A stretch of DNA of 57,097 nt, the filler included, from Asterionella formosa (lineage: Eukaryota), in the NCBI GenBank assembly GCA_002256025.1. It is 4 parts of 4 records of this genome, joined end to end, with 100 filler letters (N's around TTAATTAATTAA, not from the genome) between each part and the next. Parts side by side here need not be neighbours in the genome. Positions count along the whole stretch, not along the records: positions 1 to 14,212 come from NKIB01006151.1; 3 more parts are not named here. One strand, given 5' to 3'. The position numbers and the translations under genes were made by a program. Below, one piece after another: positions 1 to 10,929 of this stretch. Each line of letters starts with the position of its first letter. Within the stretch, counting starts at the first letter, position 1. The notes beneath the pieces were generated by a model. The model was given only the letters and a program-made list of their open reading frames with translations. It did not search any database and was not told where the DNA came from.

Positions 1-23
1 GCCCCGCCCTTCTATAGAGCAGC

Positions 24-2567
24 ATGTCCGCTCCTGATCCTCCCGTGTTGGGAGCTTTAGCGGCAGCCACCATTCAACTGCTGCGCTTGAGTTTGGATTT
101 GATTGCGACTGCTTCCAACAGGATTGGAGATCTGAGTGAAGCGCCTGATGTTATCCTGAACATGAAGAAACCAGTGGTGAAGCAGCCACAACGGCAGTTC
201 TTCGAGCATAGCTATGGAAGTGTAGCGACGACTGACGAGGAAGAGACTGCTGCAAAGGCGCCGCCGCCACTGACGAACGCTCAGAGAATCGTCCCATTGG
301 TGTCGTTTGGGTTGCACTCCCTGGCTACTCTGGCATTGGCGGCCTTCGGGGTTCTAGCCACGACGGACGGCATGACGCAATTGTTTTGGACTTGTTCCAT
401 AACCTTTTTGCTGGGAGCGGTTCTTGCCTATCGTGACATGGCTCGCGTTAGGTTCAGCTACGCGCAGCGTCTCTTTTATGTCTTGACTGCGATGACCATC
501 CTGTACTCCATGCTTCGTCTCGAACCAAATGGTACAGTCCCTTCTATCCTAGCGACACTCTACCTACTGTTCGCCCTCGCTGAATGCTACATCCTCAACT
601 ATTCAGTCGCATCCTTGGATGGAGACAACGACAACAACAACAATAATAGAAAACGACCTCAGCTCTCCCATAAGGCCTACCTCACATTGTTGAAACCATA
701 TTTTTGGCCCGACGCCACTGACAGCACTGCCTTTGCCAATAGATTCAGAGCCATCATTACTTGGATATGTGTCATCCTCAGCAAGGTGGCAAACTTGTAC
801 TCGCCCATCTTGTTGGGATGGGCATCCACCGCACTGGCTCGTCACGACTATGTCAAATGCATTGAGTATTCCATCCTCTATTCGATACTTGGATTTGTGG
901 GATCCACTTTGAAAGAAGGACAGTCAGTCGTGTACTTGAAGGTAGCTCAAGCCGCATTTGTGCAACTAAGTGAAACCGCCTTTTCGCATTTGCATTCACT
1001 CAGTTTGGACTTTCATTTACGAAAGAAGCTAGGTGAAACCATCCGAAACATGGACCGTGGTATTGCTGCGTGCGATACACTCATGAAGTATCTCTTTCTA
1101 TGGCTCATACCGGCACTAGCAGAATGTCTTGTTGTGGTTGTCATATTTGCAACCTACTTCAATTATTGGCCATTGGCTGTCAACATTTTCTACTTTGTCT
1201 TTGTGTATATTGTTTGGACTATTTTAGTCACATTATGGAGAAAAAAGTTTCGAAAAGAAGTTGTTGCATCAGACAATGAATGGCGGGACCGATGCACAGA
1301 TTCGCTCATTAACTTTGAGACTGTCAAATTCTTTACAGCAGAAACCTATGAGATGAAACGCTTTGGGGAAGCAGTACAGCGGTATCAGACTGGGAGTGTT
1401 AGTGTCCAAGCATCGCTCTCCTTTTTGAATATTTCACAGCGATTGCTATTGCAAGCGTGTCTGGCAACTTCCCTTTCCATGGCAGCATTGGGAATTAAGC
1501 AACGTTGGGACTGTTGTGAAGCAAATGGATGTGATGATGGCAATTCACAGTGTTGCACCGACCTGAAGAGTATGTGCCCTGGAATGGACGTGGGAGACTT
1601 TGTTGCTGTCTTGTCATATACCATTCAGTTGTTTACACCTCTGAACTTTTTGGGCTCTGTTTACAACGCCATTGTTATGGCCGTTATTGATTTGACTAAC
1701 CTAAGTGAGCTTTTAGCCGAATCACCCGATGTCGTCGATGCTAAAGATGCTATTACCTTGCCAAGCCACAATAGCACTGATCCTGATATTGCTGTAGAAT
1801 TTGACAATGTTATGTTTCACTATCCAACACAATCCGAAAACATGGGTCTCAAGGGTCTCAGTTTCAAGATGAAGAGGGGAACAACGACAGCCATTGTGGG
1901 CCCCACGGGGGCCGGCAAAACAACAGTAAGTCGCTTGCTGTTTCGGTTTTATGACGTTTTGGGTGGCGCGGTCAAGATAAATGGAGTGGATGTTCGAGCA
2001 TTGACACAAAAGAGTCTCAGAGGTGCGATTGGGGCTGTTCCACAGACAGCGTCCATGTTTAATGATACGTTGAGAGCCAACATCCTTTATGGTAGGCGTG
2101 ATGCATCTCAAGAAGAATTGGAGCGTGCTGCTGCCGACGCGCAGCTCACAACCTTCATCGCATCACTTGAAGAGGGATGGGACACAATGGTAGGTGATCG
2201 AGGTTTGAAACTAAGTGGCGGTGAACGACAGCGAGCTGCTATTGCACGTTGTCTCTTGAAGAACCCTCCATTCGTGATCCTTGATGAAGCTACATCGGCC
2301 CTTGATTCGATAACGGAAAACTCTGTTCAAGATGCACTGGATAGCCTCGGTAGCGAGCGAACAGTGCTCGTGATTGCACACAGATTGGGTACCATTCGGA
2401 ATGCGGACAACATTGTTGTCATAAAGGAAGGTATGGTTGATGAACAGGGGACGCACGACGAGCTCATGGCGAAAAAAGGGAGCTATGCTGAGCTATGGAA
2501 TATGCAGTTACATTCTACCGATGGTGGGAGCCGAACAAACTTGGCGCAGCTTGATGGTGCAGAATAG
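24..2567 (+). CDS. ABCB6: ABCB-type half transporter, ABCB6/HMT1 (heavy-metal tolerance/ATM-like) family
   Basis: 847-aa intronless ORF with an extra N-terminal hydrophobic domain. The TMD has family motifs LHSLSLDFHLRKKLGE and DSLINFETVKFF. The NBD has Walker A GPTGAGKT, signature LSGGERQR, Walker B ILDEATSALD and H-loop IAHRL. Confidence 0.9.
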   Translation: MSAPDPPVLGALAAATIQLLRLSLDLIATASNRIGDLSEAPDVILNMKKPVVKQPQRQFFEHSYGSVATTDEEETAAKAPPPLTNAQRIVPLVSFGLHSLATLALAAFGVLATTDGMTQLFWTCSITFLLGAVLAYRDMARVRFSYAQRLFYVLTAMTILYSMLRLEPNGTVPSILATLYLLFALAECYILNYSVASLDGDNDNNNNNRKRPQLSHKAYLTLLKPYFWPDATDSTAFANRFRAIITWICVILSKVANLYSPILLGWASTALARHDYVKCIEYSILYSILGFVGSTLKEGQSVVYLKVAQAAFVQLSETAFSHLHSLSLDFHLRKKLGETIRNMDRGIAACDTLMKYLFLWLIPALAECLVVVVIFATYFNYWPLAVNIFYFVFVYIVWTILVTLWRKKFRKEVVASDNEWRDRCTDSLINFETVKFFTAETYEMKRFGEAVQRYQTGSVSVQASLSFLNISQRLLLQACLATSLSMAALGIKQRWDCCEANGCDDGNSQCCTDLKSMCPGMDVGDFVAVLSYTIQLFTPLNFLGSVYNAIVMAVIDLTNLSELLAESPDVVDAKDAITLPSHNSTDPDIAVEFDNVMFHYPTQSENMGLKGLSFKMKRGTTTAIVGPTGAGKTTVSRLLFRFYDVLGGAVKINGVDVRALTQKSLRGAIGAVPQTASMFNDTLRANILYGRRDASQEELERAAADAQLTTFIASLEEGWDTMVGDRGLKLSGGERQRAAIARCLLKNPPFVILDEATSALDSITENSVQDALDSLGSERTVLVIAHRLGTIRNADNIVVIKEGMVDEQGTHDELMAKKGSYAELWNMQLHSTDGGSRTNLAQLDGAE

Positions 2568-2674
2568 CTGTTCTACCTCGGGTGGAGAGGGAGACAAGGT
2601 ATGCCACCGGTTGGCGACAGGGAATTTGGAGAATGGGAAAAGCACTGTCGAATCCTCGTCGTGATCCGCGCCAT

Positions 2675-3536
2675 NNNNNNNNNNNNNNNNNNNNNNNNNN
2701 NNNNNNNNNNNNNNNNNNNNNNNNNNNNNNNNNNNNNNNNNNNNNNNNNNNNNNNNNNNNNNNNNNNNNNNNNNNNNNNNNNNNNNNNNNNNNNNNNNNN
2801 NNNNNNNNNNNNNNNNNNNNNNNNNNNNNNNNNNNNNNNNNNNNNNNNNNNNNNNNNNNNNNNNNNNNNNNNNNNNNNNNNNNNNNNNNNNNNNNNNNNN
2901 NNNNNNNNNNNNNNNNNNNNNNNNNNNNNNNNNNNNNNNNNNNNNNNNNNNNNNNNNNNNNNNNNNNNNNNNNNNNNNNNNNNNNNNNNNNNNNNNNNNN
3001 NNNNNNNNNNNNNNNNNNNNNNNNNNNNNNNNNNNNNNNNNNNNNNNNNNNNNNNNNNNNNNNNNNNNNNNNNNNNNNNNNNNNNNNNNNNNNNNNNNNN
3101 NNNNNNNNNNNNNNNNNNNNNNNNNNNNNNNNNNNNNNNNNNNNNNNNNNNNNNNNNNNNNNNNNNNNNNNNNNNNNNNNNNNNNNNNNNNNNNNNNNNN
3201 NNNNNNNNNNNNNNNNNNNNNNNNNNNNNNNNNNNNNNNNNNNNNNNNNNNNNNNNNNNNNNNNNNNNNNNNNNNNNNNNNNNNNNNNNNNNNNNNNNNN
3301 NNNNNNNNNNNNNNNNNNNNNNNNNNNNNNNNNNNNNNNNNNNNNNNNNNNNNNNNNNNNNNNNNNNNNNNNNNNNNNNNNNNNNNNNNNNNNNNNNNNN
3401 NNNNNNNNNNNNNNNNNNNNNNNNNNNNNNNNNNNNNNNNNNNNNNNNNNNNNNNNNNNNNNNNNNNNNNNNNNNNNNNNNNNNNNNNNNNNNNNNNNNN
3501 NNNNNNNNNNNNNNNNNNNNNNNNNNNNNNNNNNNN
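2675..3536. other. Assembly gap (862 N)
   Basis: Run of N. Confidence 0.99.
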
Positions 3537-4534
3537 GCCGAAATTCCATTTGCGTATTGTGCATTGAGACCAAAGGGATCAGGACACACTCCAGGATATT
3601 CAGTAGTCGAACAAGCCTTGCTTGTGTACAAAATTGTTTCCGCCAAAGATCCGTATCCAAGGTCACGACGACCGCGTTTGCTGCCAATAGAGACATCGTA
3701 ATCCCAAATTTGATTACATGATATTTCTTCCATATTGGCATTGTAGGTCTCCAATAAATCAATGGTCCCGTTGTACCTGTTGCCATCACAATATTTCCCA
3801 TGAAACTCACTGTACACAAACTTACCAGATTCACATCCAGTCGTGTAGCTCATGTAGTTGCTGTATTTCTCACCACCTCCTTGATCCTTTCCACCACCAC
3901 CACCTCCTCCTTGGTTGTTTCTGTTTTCGTTGTTGTTACTGCCCTGGACATAGGAACAGGCGGCAGTAGCATGTGCATCATCAACCAGGCCTAGTGCATT
4001 GGAGATGGTCGTGGCACCGTAGGTAGTGAAGAAGGAATTGATATAGGATGCCTTGGTGCACATGTTTCCAGTCTTTCGTTTCAGCTGACGAGTCGTGAGA
4101 TCTGCTTCAGTTGGGAGTAACACTCCGTACAAGGAAAAGGCAGCGTTGGCACGAAAGCACGGGACGCTCCCAACGTACCAGAAATTGTCATCGCCTGCAG
4201 CACTGCCATCTGTACAAGCATAGCTCGAGGATCCAGATGCATATGGATTCCAGCTGCGGAATATTCAAAAGCCTGGTGAGTTAGGAAAGATGTGTTGCCA
4301 TTTCTAATCTAGTAGAGCAGTTTGATGAAACAAAACGTACACACAACTGTGAAATTTGATGTAAAGCGCTTGAAATTTGGTCAAATCTTGAAGTACATTG
4401 GCAGCATCATTCCAAAACATGGGGTTTTCCAAATTGGGATTGCTTTCACCTGCGTTGTAGTCAGTGTACCTCTCGGAAGTGGCCACAGTTACCACAACGC
4501 CAAGGAAAATGGCAGTCTGAAGCAACACCATCAT
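3537..4534 (-). CDS. Secreted/membrane Cys-patterned diatom-type protein, possibly silicanin-related; 3' end lost in gap
   Basis: Exon 1 (4534-4341) encodes signal peptide MMVLLQTAIFLGVVVTVATS...LYIKFHSCV. An 87-nt GTACGT...CAG intron spans 4340-4254. Exon 2 (4253-3537) continues in frame as WNPY...CFRANAAFSLYGVL...CTKASYINSFFTT, an N/G-rich linker, then RRDL. Confidence 0.75.
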
Positions 4535-5234
4535 TGCTGAAATTATATTATGAGGAGGAAATTAGCGGTCAAAATTATTGCAAGCCGTTCGGAGTAATTC
4601 TGAATTTATATATATATTAACAGCAATGTATACCGATCACACAATGCCCAATCTTAGCTAGTATGTACCGAGCAATTCCATTCTTCTAAGTACTGAAGGT
4701 ACAAGTGAGAAAGGCTGACGACGTGTCCGTTGTAATTCTGGCGAACATTCATGTACGTAGAACAATTACATTAGTAAACATGGCAGTTGAAGGAATAGTT
4801 TTGGTTTGCTATATATTTTAACATTTATGTTTGAACGCACATACATTTATTGTGCTATAAATATGTAGTAATAATCTTAATCTAACAAGATCCATTTCTA
4901 TCTTCTTCATATACCTATTATTTTGAAATCAATCATGGCATGTTCAACAACATGATATTTTTGGTGCATCTGTCATTGCTTAGACTCTGTTGATGCTTCC
5001 TATTCCCTCCCATATACTGTTTTGCTCTAACTTGCTTTTGTAGTGACTTTGTCCAAGTCATGGTTGGAGTTAGAGAGTGGTAGTGAGGATGGTTGTAATG
5101 GCTTATTATAGGCTTAATTCAAAAAATGCTAAATGCAAATTAGTTTAAATACATAGTATGTGTAGCTGCAAAGTATTGGACTCATTTTACAAAGCCTCTC
5201 ATCATCCGTCTTATTCCCTCAAACATATATAAAT

Positions 5235-7013
5235 CTAGCACATTGTGGTATTTCCTTGGTTTGCCTTGCGTGTTAAGTTGTTTCGGCTTTTCATAACATC
5301 GCCACCAATCCCGGCTGATATTCCATTACATGTGATGTATGGAAAGGACTCTGAGTGAACCCCCCGAAAGTAGCATTCGCGACCCAATTGAATGCCACCG
5401 CCACCAATTATGGTGTCAACTGTAGCAAGATCATTAAGTGGTACAGGGGTCAAAAAATAAAATAACCTCTTTTGGTAATCAACACTTCGAATGATTCCTA
5501 AACCAAGACAGGGACCAGTAATACCTTTGCACAGTCCCACTACAGCACCGTTCCACATGGTTCCTTCATTTTGGTCCACCAGTCCACATTCTCCTTTCCA
5601 AAGCAAGTGTAGAGCATCCATGGAAACAACAATTGGTTTGGCAGCCGCTAGATGATGAGCTATATGGTTCTCTTCATCAATAATTCCACCCTGTCCAAAT
5701 TCAATTCTGTCCCAGCAAATGGCATCCCGAAGAAAGTAAGTACAGAGTCTCAATGCCCTATATGAATGACTAGGAATGGACAAGGTCGTTCCCAAGTCTT
5801 CAGGTGAATCCACATTATAAGCTCGCACTTTGTGGATGATGCATTGTTGTTGCTGTATTTGTGGGGCCCTAATGTCAAATTGTTTGGATCGCTGTTCTCC
5901 CAAAATCTGAATCACATGTCCAGGCTGCAACGTACTTAGCAGTGTGGTGAGAATTTCCAGCCCCAAACCCTTAACCCACCCATCTGTATTAATAATCAAA
6001 GGGAGCAATGATCCATTTCCACCATGTCTCGTCGTGACCATATCATCATACTGTTGTAGTAAGGTAGAAATGGCTTCCAAGTACAGTGTAGGATCTGCCT
6101 TGGATGTAGTATAACCAAAGAATTTAGCCCCAGCATGTATTTCTGCCATGTGCAAATGAGGAGGTGACAGAACTGGTTCACGTACATTTGTCAAGGTCAA
6201 GAGTCCTGGTGGAGAAAATTCGGGTTGACCAGCATCACAATCCAATACCATGACCGAATCCGTTCTGGCCAATGCGCGGTTAATTGCATACCGTACACAA
6301 GTTGATTTCCCAACCCCTTTGGCTCCGCAAATGAGAAGCTTTGCATCTCCTATAGCATTAGCTTCTACCTTACCAAACCAGTCTCTTAGTACATGATCAA
6401 TCGCAATTGTCCATGTGGGTGGAAGGATGGTGGGTCTAACTTCCTGTGCTGACGGTGGGCACAAATCAAATGATTTCGTACCAGTCACCGATGTCGAAAC
6501 AATGCTCACTTCTGAATGTTCCTCCAGGGCGATCATGGTTAAGGCACTTGCCCATGACGGACTTTCGACTTTTCTGGATTCTGTCGATGACAGCTCATGT
6601 CCCAAAAGCTGCACGCGGCCCTTGACGAGTCGAACTGATGCTCGACCAATGAGACACATCATGCGTTGTTCCTTCAAGTCATGCCAAGTCAGTCTAGCTT
6701 CCGTTCCAGTCCAAGCAATGGTAGCTCCAGTTGTAACAGATTCATCATGAGGCGGCGTCAGAAGAGGAACGTCAACTACTGGCACTGTCAGGTCCACTGA
6801 AGCATCCGGATGATTGCGCTTTTTTGAGTTGGGGGGCGCTCGATTAATTGATTCTTTTTTTGGCTCTTTCCTTGGTTGTTGCTGCTGCTGCTCCTGCTGC
6901 TGATTCTTCTTCTTCTTGGGAGCTTTTTTCTTGGACCAGCCAACCAATTGAGATGTGGAAGGAGGCGCTAATGGGGACCATTTCGTGGACATGGAGGCAT
7001 CATCAATCCACAT
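5235..7013 (-). CDS. NOL9: Polynucleotide 5'-hydroxyl kinase NOL9/Grc3 (Clp1 family)
   Basis: Walker A GAKGVGKST, DCDAGQPEFSPPG, IINTDGWVKGLG and the C-terminal CLGLGIIRSVD...FYFLTP motif. N-terminus is basic and NLS-like. Confidence 0.88.
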   Translation of the reverse strand: MWIDDASMSTKWSPLAPPSTSQLVGWSKKKAPKKKKNQQQEQQQQQPRKEPKKESINRAPPNSKKRNHPDASVDLTVPVVDVPLLTPPHDESVTTGATIAWTGTEARLTWHDLKEQRMMCLIGRASVRLVKGRVQLLGHELSSTESRKVESPSWASALTMIALEEHSEVSIVSTSVTGTKSFDLCPPSAQEVRPTILPPTWTIAIDHVLRDWFGKVEANAIGDAKLLICGAKGVGKSTCVRYAINRALARTDSVMVLDCDAGQPEFSPPGLLTLTNVREPVLSPPHLHMAEIHAGAKFFGYTTSKADPTLYLEAISTLLQQYDDMVTTRHGGNGSLLPLIINTDGWVKGLGLEILTTLLSTLQPGHVIQILGEQRSKQFDIRAPQIQQQQCIIHKVRAYNVDSPEDLGTTLSIPSHSYRALRLCTYFLRDAICWDRIEFGQGGIIDEENHIAHHLAAAKPIVVSMDALHLLWKGECGLVDQNEGTMWNGAVVGLCKGITGPCLGLGIIRSVDYQKRLFYFLTPVPLNDLATVDTIIGGGGIQLGRECYFRGVHSESFPYITCNGISAGIGGDVMKSRNNLTRKANQGNTTMC

Positions 7014-7148
7014 GTTGAATCAAAATATGATTTCGTTTCATTGCTGAAACAGAATTGAAAGTAGAGCAAAAGAATTGCTTCCTTATTTACCGTAGGATGA
7101 AAAAATAGGTAGCTGAACATGAAAATGTCCGTCTGTCCATCAGACTGG

Positions 7149-7555
7149 NNNNNNNNNNNNNNNNNNNNNNNNNNNNNNNNNNNNNNNNNNNNNNNNNNNN
7201 NNNNNNNNNNNNNNNNNNNNNNNNNNNNNNNNNNNNNNNNNNNNNNNNNNNNNNNNNNNNNNNNNNNNNNNNNNNNNNNNNNNNNNNNNNNNNNNNNNNN
7301 NNNNNNNNNNNNNNNNNNNNNNNNNNNNNNNNNNNNNNNNNNNNNNNNNNNNNNNNNNNNNNNNNNNNNNNNNNNNNNNNNNNNNNNNNNNNNNNNNNNN
7401 NNNNNNNNNNNNNNNNNNNNNNNNNNNNNNNNNNNNNNNNNNNNNNNNNNNNNNNNNNNNNNNNNNNNNNNNNNNNNNNNNNNNNNNNNNNNNNNNNNNN
7501 NNNNNNNNNNNNNNNNNNNNNNNNNNNNNNNNNNNNNNNNNNNNNNNNNNNNNNN
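7149..7555. other. Assembly gap (407 N)
   Basis: Run of N. Confidence 0.99.
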
Positions 7556-7879
7556 AAGGTGGTCAACAAGGTGCTTCCTCTCATGAGTTCTTCTGCACCT
7601 AGCTAGTAGCTAACATTCTAGAGATTCAAGGTGGCCAACAAGTGCATGTATACAGGCATTCCTTCCAAAATCGGAAGCGTCACTATTTCTTCTTTGTTAC
7701 CACCAAATTGAAAGTCATTCCTGTCCTCCCTTCACAGTTGAAAGCGTCATCATGGGAGCAAGATTGTGTATTGACAAGGCTTTTAGCAGGCAGTCAGAGT
7801 AAGCCATTGTCAACAAAAAGTTCTGAACAAGAAATTATAATGATGGATGATGCTATCAACAATGGCAATGGTGATGGAT

Positions 7880-8640
7880 TGGAATGACCAAAAAAGCGAA
7901 AGAAGAGCAATGAATCAGAACCAATTATAATTATTCCTGCTGAACATCATCAGATGAAAACAGATGCTGATGATATATCATGGTGGCATTCTGGAGATGC
8001 TCGAAAGTTAGTTGCTCCAACAAATGTATAAGGGAATGGTGCAGATTTCCGGAATATTGTCCTTGAGAGAATAGGCATTATGGAGGATGGGAACAATCAT
8101 TGGGACAACTGGAGAAAGGCAGTATATGGTTGTGACTCATATAATACCTGCTCCTGTTCAGATGTCTTCACAATTCGCTTTCAAAGTCTGTATTTAGCAC
8201 ATGCAATGAAGAATTTTGTGGAAAATTTTAGAGCACACATTGCAAGTCAATCGACATGGAAGCAGTCACTTTATAAATGCAATAAATCATATGAATGACA
8301 TGGGAATTGAGACTTACTCTAACTTTTAGACTTTGTCCTGACGGCATCGCAAATTTGCATTGAATAGAACCTTTTTCAGCAAGTCACCAGAGCCAAAGGA
8401 TCCTGCTAGGCTGTGTTGCTTGCTTCTTTCTTGAAAACCCGGATGCAATGGAATCATTCAAGTCGCATGGCACCCAGAATTTTAAGATTTGCGGGTTGAA
8501 TTAATGCATGAGTTTCTTGTGGATCAACTTGTCCCAGAATTAGTTTCAAGGCTTAAGATTGAAGTTGATGATGGGGTAACTACAACTTTGACAAATGAAT
8601 ATAAAAAGAATATTTAAGAGGGAAAAGTAGTTTTGGCATC
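7880..8640 (+). mobile_element. Degenerate transposase N-terminal fragment, same family as the 16880-17850 relic (IS630/Tc1-like)
   Basis: Stop- and frameshift-broken peptides WWHSGDARKLVAP, QSLYLAHAMKNFVENF..TWKQ, RHRKFALNRTF and FFLENPDAMESFK are collinear with those at 16880-17850, and DLRVELMHEFLVDQLVP follows. Boundaries approximate. Confidence 0.5.
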
Positions 8641-9105
8641 TGATGGATTGGTAATGAAGTCCCAACCAACAGCAACCCATGGGTAGAATCTATTTGATAG
8701 ATGGACCAAAATGTATGATCAGGAACATGGATGGGTCTCTGCATTGTGCCATGTGTTGTCATTGCTGCAATCAGAAATGGGTGGACTTTGGGAGGCCTGT
8801 CAGCCATATCTACTATTCTCTGAACAGAAAATTCAAGTATGGGCACACCACCTATTTCTATGCACATATATATTGATTACACAGCCCTGATCACAAGGAT
8901 TCAACAATGGAAATTCTGTGGGACTTCTTGTACCTTTTTGCTTGTGTCCATGAAACTTGCTACATATCTCATCATGTGAAGTCCCACCAGGATGATGAAT
9001 GTGAGTATGATCAACTGTTATTGCAGGCTTAGGGATAACATTAGCATGCATTATAGTCTCATTGATGTTGTCAAGAAATTGAATAAACAGTTTACTTCAG
9101 TGGCA

Positions 9106-10929
9106 TTAAATCACAATTGTGTAGTTGTGGATTCCTTCAAGAAGGGAGCGTCGTCTCCCACAATAGGCAGAACCAGTGCCACACCAACCATATTGGCTGC
9201 AACACAAACTGGGATCTGGGCACTTTCCATTGCCCCTCTGAGCATTACCGCATGTACCAGGATCAGATGTTAGGGTTGGCTTGCTTGTGGGTTGGATGGT
9301 AGGAAAACTACCAGTAGTTGGTTTGCTCGTGGGCTGGATGGTAGGAAAACTAGTTGGCAAAGTGGTTGGCCCACAATAGGCAGAACCAGTGCCACACCAA
9401 CCAAATTGGCTGCAACACAAACTGGGATCTGGGCACTTTCCATTGCCCCTCTGAGCATTACCGCATGTACCAGGAGCAGGTGTTATGGTTGGTGTGCTCA
9501 TGGGCTGGATGGTAGGGTTAAAACTAGTTGGCTTGCTTGTGGGCTGGATGGTGGGAAAAGTAGTTGGCTTGCTGGTGTGTTGCCTTGGAGGAAAACTAGT
9601 TGGCTTGCTTGTGGGCTGGGTGGTAGGAAAACTATTTGGCTGAGTGGTTGGCCCACAATAGGCGGAACCAGTGCCACACCAACCAAATTGGCTGCAACAC
9701 AAACTGGGATCTGGGCACTTTCCATTTCCCCTCTGACCATTACCGCATGTACCAGGATCAGATGTTAGGGTTGGCTTGCTTGTGGGTTGGATGGTAGGAA
9801 AAGTACCAGTAGTTGGTTTGCTCGTGGGCTTGGCGGTGGGTGATTGAATGATCGAGCAACCAGTAGATGGGCGAGTTACGGCACTAACGGGTGTCGACCA
9901 GGCAGTGTTAATTTCATTTGCACTACCAGACTCCCAAAACATAGCTCCACCATTGCAGGGATATGTACTCTTCAAACTGCTCATTACTGCTGCTGCTTGG
10001 TTTCCATTTGAATTAAATTCGTTACAATCATTGAGGCAAAACCCAAACACAATCTTCGTTGGATTGCCACCAAACAAGTTGTCCACCACAACTTTAAAGT
10101 GCGAAATAGCAGATTGTGATGCTCCGTTGCCAGTTCCAGTTAGTCCATTCTTGATAGCATTTGTGATACCATTGTAATACTGAACATTGAGGAAACTGAG
10201 CGAGGATGAAACACTGTTGAGAGCTTCATAATAGCCTTTGCCTGGCACAAGGTCTGCATCAATTGGCGCATGTGAAACAATACTTCCGGCAGGAAGAGTA
10301 GAACGGAGGCCAGTTGTGACCTTCGTGAGAAAGTTCTGCTGTGCTGCCGTGTCATAATAATATTCATAATCAATGTCCACACCATCGAAACCTTGATTCC
10401 TCACAATAGTGTTGAGCTGGCTGACAACCGAATCCTCCTTGCCAAAGCATTGTTCCCAGCATCCATTGGGGGCTGGCAACCAGTGGCCTCCCATGGTTGC
10501 CCCACCAAAAGATAAAATGACCTTCTTCCCAGCAGCCTTCCAAGCTGAGACAAGGCCAGGGTTAGGGGCATTGTTACAAATTGCAATAGGTTGGATTGTG
10601 CAAGCGTTGTCACATGTGACTGGACCAGTTGGGTTCCAAGTGTATGTAACGGCAAATGCTATGTTGATATGAGTATAACTGGCTGTTTGCACAGCAGATG
10701 GGCATGGCTTCCAGTTTGGCACATATGCAACTAGGCGACTGTCCGAGCCTGTTGTCTGAAGTTTCCGGGAGTCGTTCTCCCAGCCATCCTCATCAACCGG
10801 AAGGGCGGCATCGGTACTGGTACTGCGGAGGTCCTTATGGCCGAGTTCCTTGATTTCCTGTCCTGTAGTTGGAACTGAGAACAGCAAAGTCAATGCTGCT
10901 GCTTTGATGAAAAGGTGTCCAAAAATCAT
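9106..10929 (-). CDS. Secreted GH18 chitinase with three C-terminal chitin-binding type-1 (hevein/CBM18) domains
   Basis: Signal peptide and RKL propeptide motif. KVILSFGGA and intact catalytic FDGVDIDYE (DxxDxDxE). Three copies of TCGNxQRGNGKCPDPSLCCSQ(F/Y)GWCGTGSAYC separated by PTSKPT linkers. Confidence 0.93.
   Translation of the reverse strand: MIFGHLFIKAAALTLLFSVPTTGQEIKELGHKDLRSTSTDAALPVDEDGWENDSRKLQTTGSDSRLVAYVPNWKPCPSAVQTASYTHINIAFAVTYTWNPTGPVTCDNACTIQPIAICNNAPNPGLVSAWKAAGKKVILSFGGATMGGHWLPAPNGCWEQCFGKEDSVVSQLNTIVRNQGFDGVDIDYEYYYDTAAQQNFLTKVTTGLRSTLPAGSIVSHAPIDADLVPGKGYYEALNSVSSSLSFLNVQYYNGITNAIKNGLTGTGNGASQSAISHFKVVVDNLFGGNPTKIVFGFCLNDCNEFNSNGNQAAAVMSSLKSTYPCNGGAMFWESGSANEINTAWSTPVSAVTRPSTGCSIIQSPTAKPTSKPTTGTFPTIQPTSKPTLTSDPGTCGNGQRGNGKCPDPSLCCSQFGWCGTGSAYCGPTTQPNSFPTTQPTSKPTSFPPRQHTSKPTTFPTIQPTSKPTSFNPTIQPMSTPTITPAPGTCGNAQRGNGKCPDPSLCCSQFGWCGTGSAYCGPTTLPTSFPTIQPTSKPTTGSFPTIQPTSKPTLTSDPGTCGNAQRGNGKCPDPSLCCSQYGWCGTGSAYCGRRRSLLEGIHNYTIVI
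9158..9830 (-). repeat. Near-identical intragenic repeats (3 CBM18 units plus Pro/Thr/Ser linker units)
   Basis: The ~100-bp block ccacaataggcagaaccagtgccacacc...ccgcatgtaccagga occurs near 9158, 9372 and 9653 with very few differences. Confidence 0.9.

Noticed and set aside
2515..3834. Long ORFs spanning N runs (also 7087-7586 and 11977-12982)
   Set aside because: Artefacts of translating N as X. Only the flanking real sequence was interpreted.
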